Assembly (NCBI GenBank): GCA_036172245.1
Contig: JAYWIR010000001.1
Location: forward strand, 9,114,001-9,178,000
DNA length: 64,000 nt
Origin: Raillietiella orientalis
Lineage: Eukaryota
Direction of reading: 5' to 3'
The translations under genes were made by a program, and so were the position numbers. Under the pieces are notes generated by a model. That model saw only the letters and a program-made list of their open reading frames with translations, was not told the DNA's origin and made no database searches. The first letter of the stretch is position 1, and every line of letters begins with the position of its first letter. Positions 62,281-64,000 of this stretch are shown here, in pieces.

Positions 62281-64000
62281 GGAAGTCTGAAAATTTGGAA
62301 CGATCTCTTTCTGAAGAGGAAATCAGTGTGAAGTTGAAAGCTGACACACAATGCAGTCGATAACCTGGAAGCATCCCTGAGACTCCATCGACCGTTCCGT
62401 CATAGATCAGGCGTGAATCGTTTCTGTTCACTCGAATTTGGGAACATTCTCGATGGTAAGTGCTTGATCTTGACGTAGCCGCGTAAAAAAAAACGATGAG
62501 AATGTCTACTTAAACCAGGAAATGACCACGAACCGCAGCATTCTGATGAGCAGATGAACGCAGAAAGAAAACCACGGACTATTGAACTCTCGAAACGTAA
62601 AGGAAGCTCCACCGGGTATCGACTTCGAGAACTTCTCACAGCAGTGCGAGACTATTGCATTCCTACCTTCTTCACTGGAAAAGAACCCACATGGGACTGT
62701 CCCTCCTAAAGGAAAGGCAAGAAACATTGCACAGCGTTTCCCGAATGACGGCGTGCACTTCTCGCCTTGGATTTTCAAATATGCACTTCTTTAAGTGAAA
62801 AGAATGAGATCACTGGGTCCGTGAGGCTCATTCCGCCCTCATAAGTCGCTTGTGTCTGTGGTTTCCCACCTTGAATGACTGGGAACACGACACCTCCAGC
62901 TGAAGTTCACAGAAGTTCCCTTGCAGCAAGCTCAGTGTGCAGCAGAGCGCCAAGACGCCAACGTATGATTACTCCCAGTTCACCTAAATTCAGGGTAATT
63001 GCATGAGCGACACCATTAGATATGTTGATTGGGCACAATTTGAATTGCTTATCGAGCAGGCGAGCAAGAATTTATCACTCGCGTAATGTAGCGACTGAGA
63101 TAAAAGACTTTCAGTAATGCTCCACGATATTTAAGAGAGCTTGCAGAGCAGGAAAACATAGAAAGAGAACCACAAGAGACCAGATTGTTTACTACCTGTG
63201 AAAAACCTCCATCTTGTGTTTCCAGCAGCCCCTACGCCGAACTGGTAAGTCTGGTGGGCAAACATAGCATCCAATACTTGGTGTTTGAAATTGGTGGGAC
63301 GTTCACGGTGGTTTCCCTATTGGTTGTTTCGCGCTCCATGCCTACTTTTTTGTGATCCCTTTTGATGCTTTCGTTGGAAACAGTGGTCTCTTATCACGTT
63401 ATAAGAACCGCCAGAGGCGAGAAAATGGATTTCTTTTTCTTTGCACTACCGGAAACACTTCTGGGGTCTTAGCCACCGCGAAAGGGAAACGGCATTCAAA
63501 GCGATCTCGACACAAGGAAACGCTTCTGGACGGTTTGTGCGCGCGTCAGGAAGAGCGGACGATACGACAGGGAGTTTGCAGTTCCTCCACGTCGCTGTTC
63601 AACGGGTTCCTGCCGATAAGGAACGTCCCCTAGCCCCTCCGCAGCCAAGGATTCAGATGCGAAGTCTCTGCCCCCTCATATGCGGTAGTGTGGATTACCT
63701 GCACGAGTTCTTCTCCCGGATGCGGAATCGGTGAGGAAATTTCAAGGGACTCTGCTGCTCCTCATCTTGGGAAGACAGCCATTCCGTCGATTTCCCGACA
63801 GTGCTCCCGTCGATCGCGGAAAGCAGAAATCCTTTCCTTCCGGATGATCCACGCTTGGTCAGAGAACGCGGACGAAGTCAGGAGCTTGGGTGAACCCAAA
63901 GGGTATGAAACATCGCTGTGAAATCTGAAGCAGAAAAACAGGAACTCTCTCCAACTTAGCCGCGGTCCAGAGAGATCCCAACAGCGTCTCTATACAAACG

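Noticed and set aside
62543-62575. CTGATGA...GAAA hammerhead-like core
   Set aside because: The intervening sequence does not form stem II.
1-64000. CRISPR array, operons, rRNA
   Set aside because: No regularly spaced repeats or rRNA-like sequence; the window is eukaryotic with spliced genes.

Overview
Eukaryotic genomic DNA, most likely arthropod, with spliced genes among decayed transposons; nearly all entries in the ORF track are spurious. Two host genes can be reconstructed by hand. (1) A complete 9-exon nicotinic acetylcholine receptor alpha subunit, alpha4/alpha3-like, on the + strand at 26131-55709 (474 aa, with Cys-loop and loop-C YxCC). (2) A 5-exon GILT/IFI30-like thiol reductase on the - strand at 9388-11475 (about 216 aa, with CPGC active site and CQHGx2ECx2Nx4C signature). 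The rest contains at least a dozen degenerate L1/Tx1-like LINE fragments, six pieces of a tRNA-headed SINE-like family, a possible P-element relic and microsatellites. The most interesting signals are in the receptor gene. The conserved GEK motif is encoded as REK (AGG), and a near-perfect complementary 19-mer in the upstream intron covers exactly that codon, making it a candidate A-to-I 'restorative' editing site. Intron 4 appears to need a GC donor. A possible decayed duplicate of exon 4 lies just upstream of the real one, and several permeation/gating residues are unusual. All alignments were done by eye; no database searches were run.
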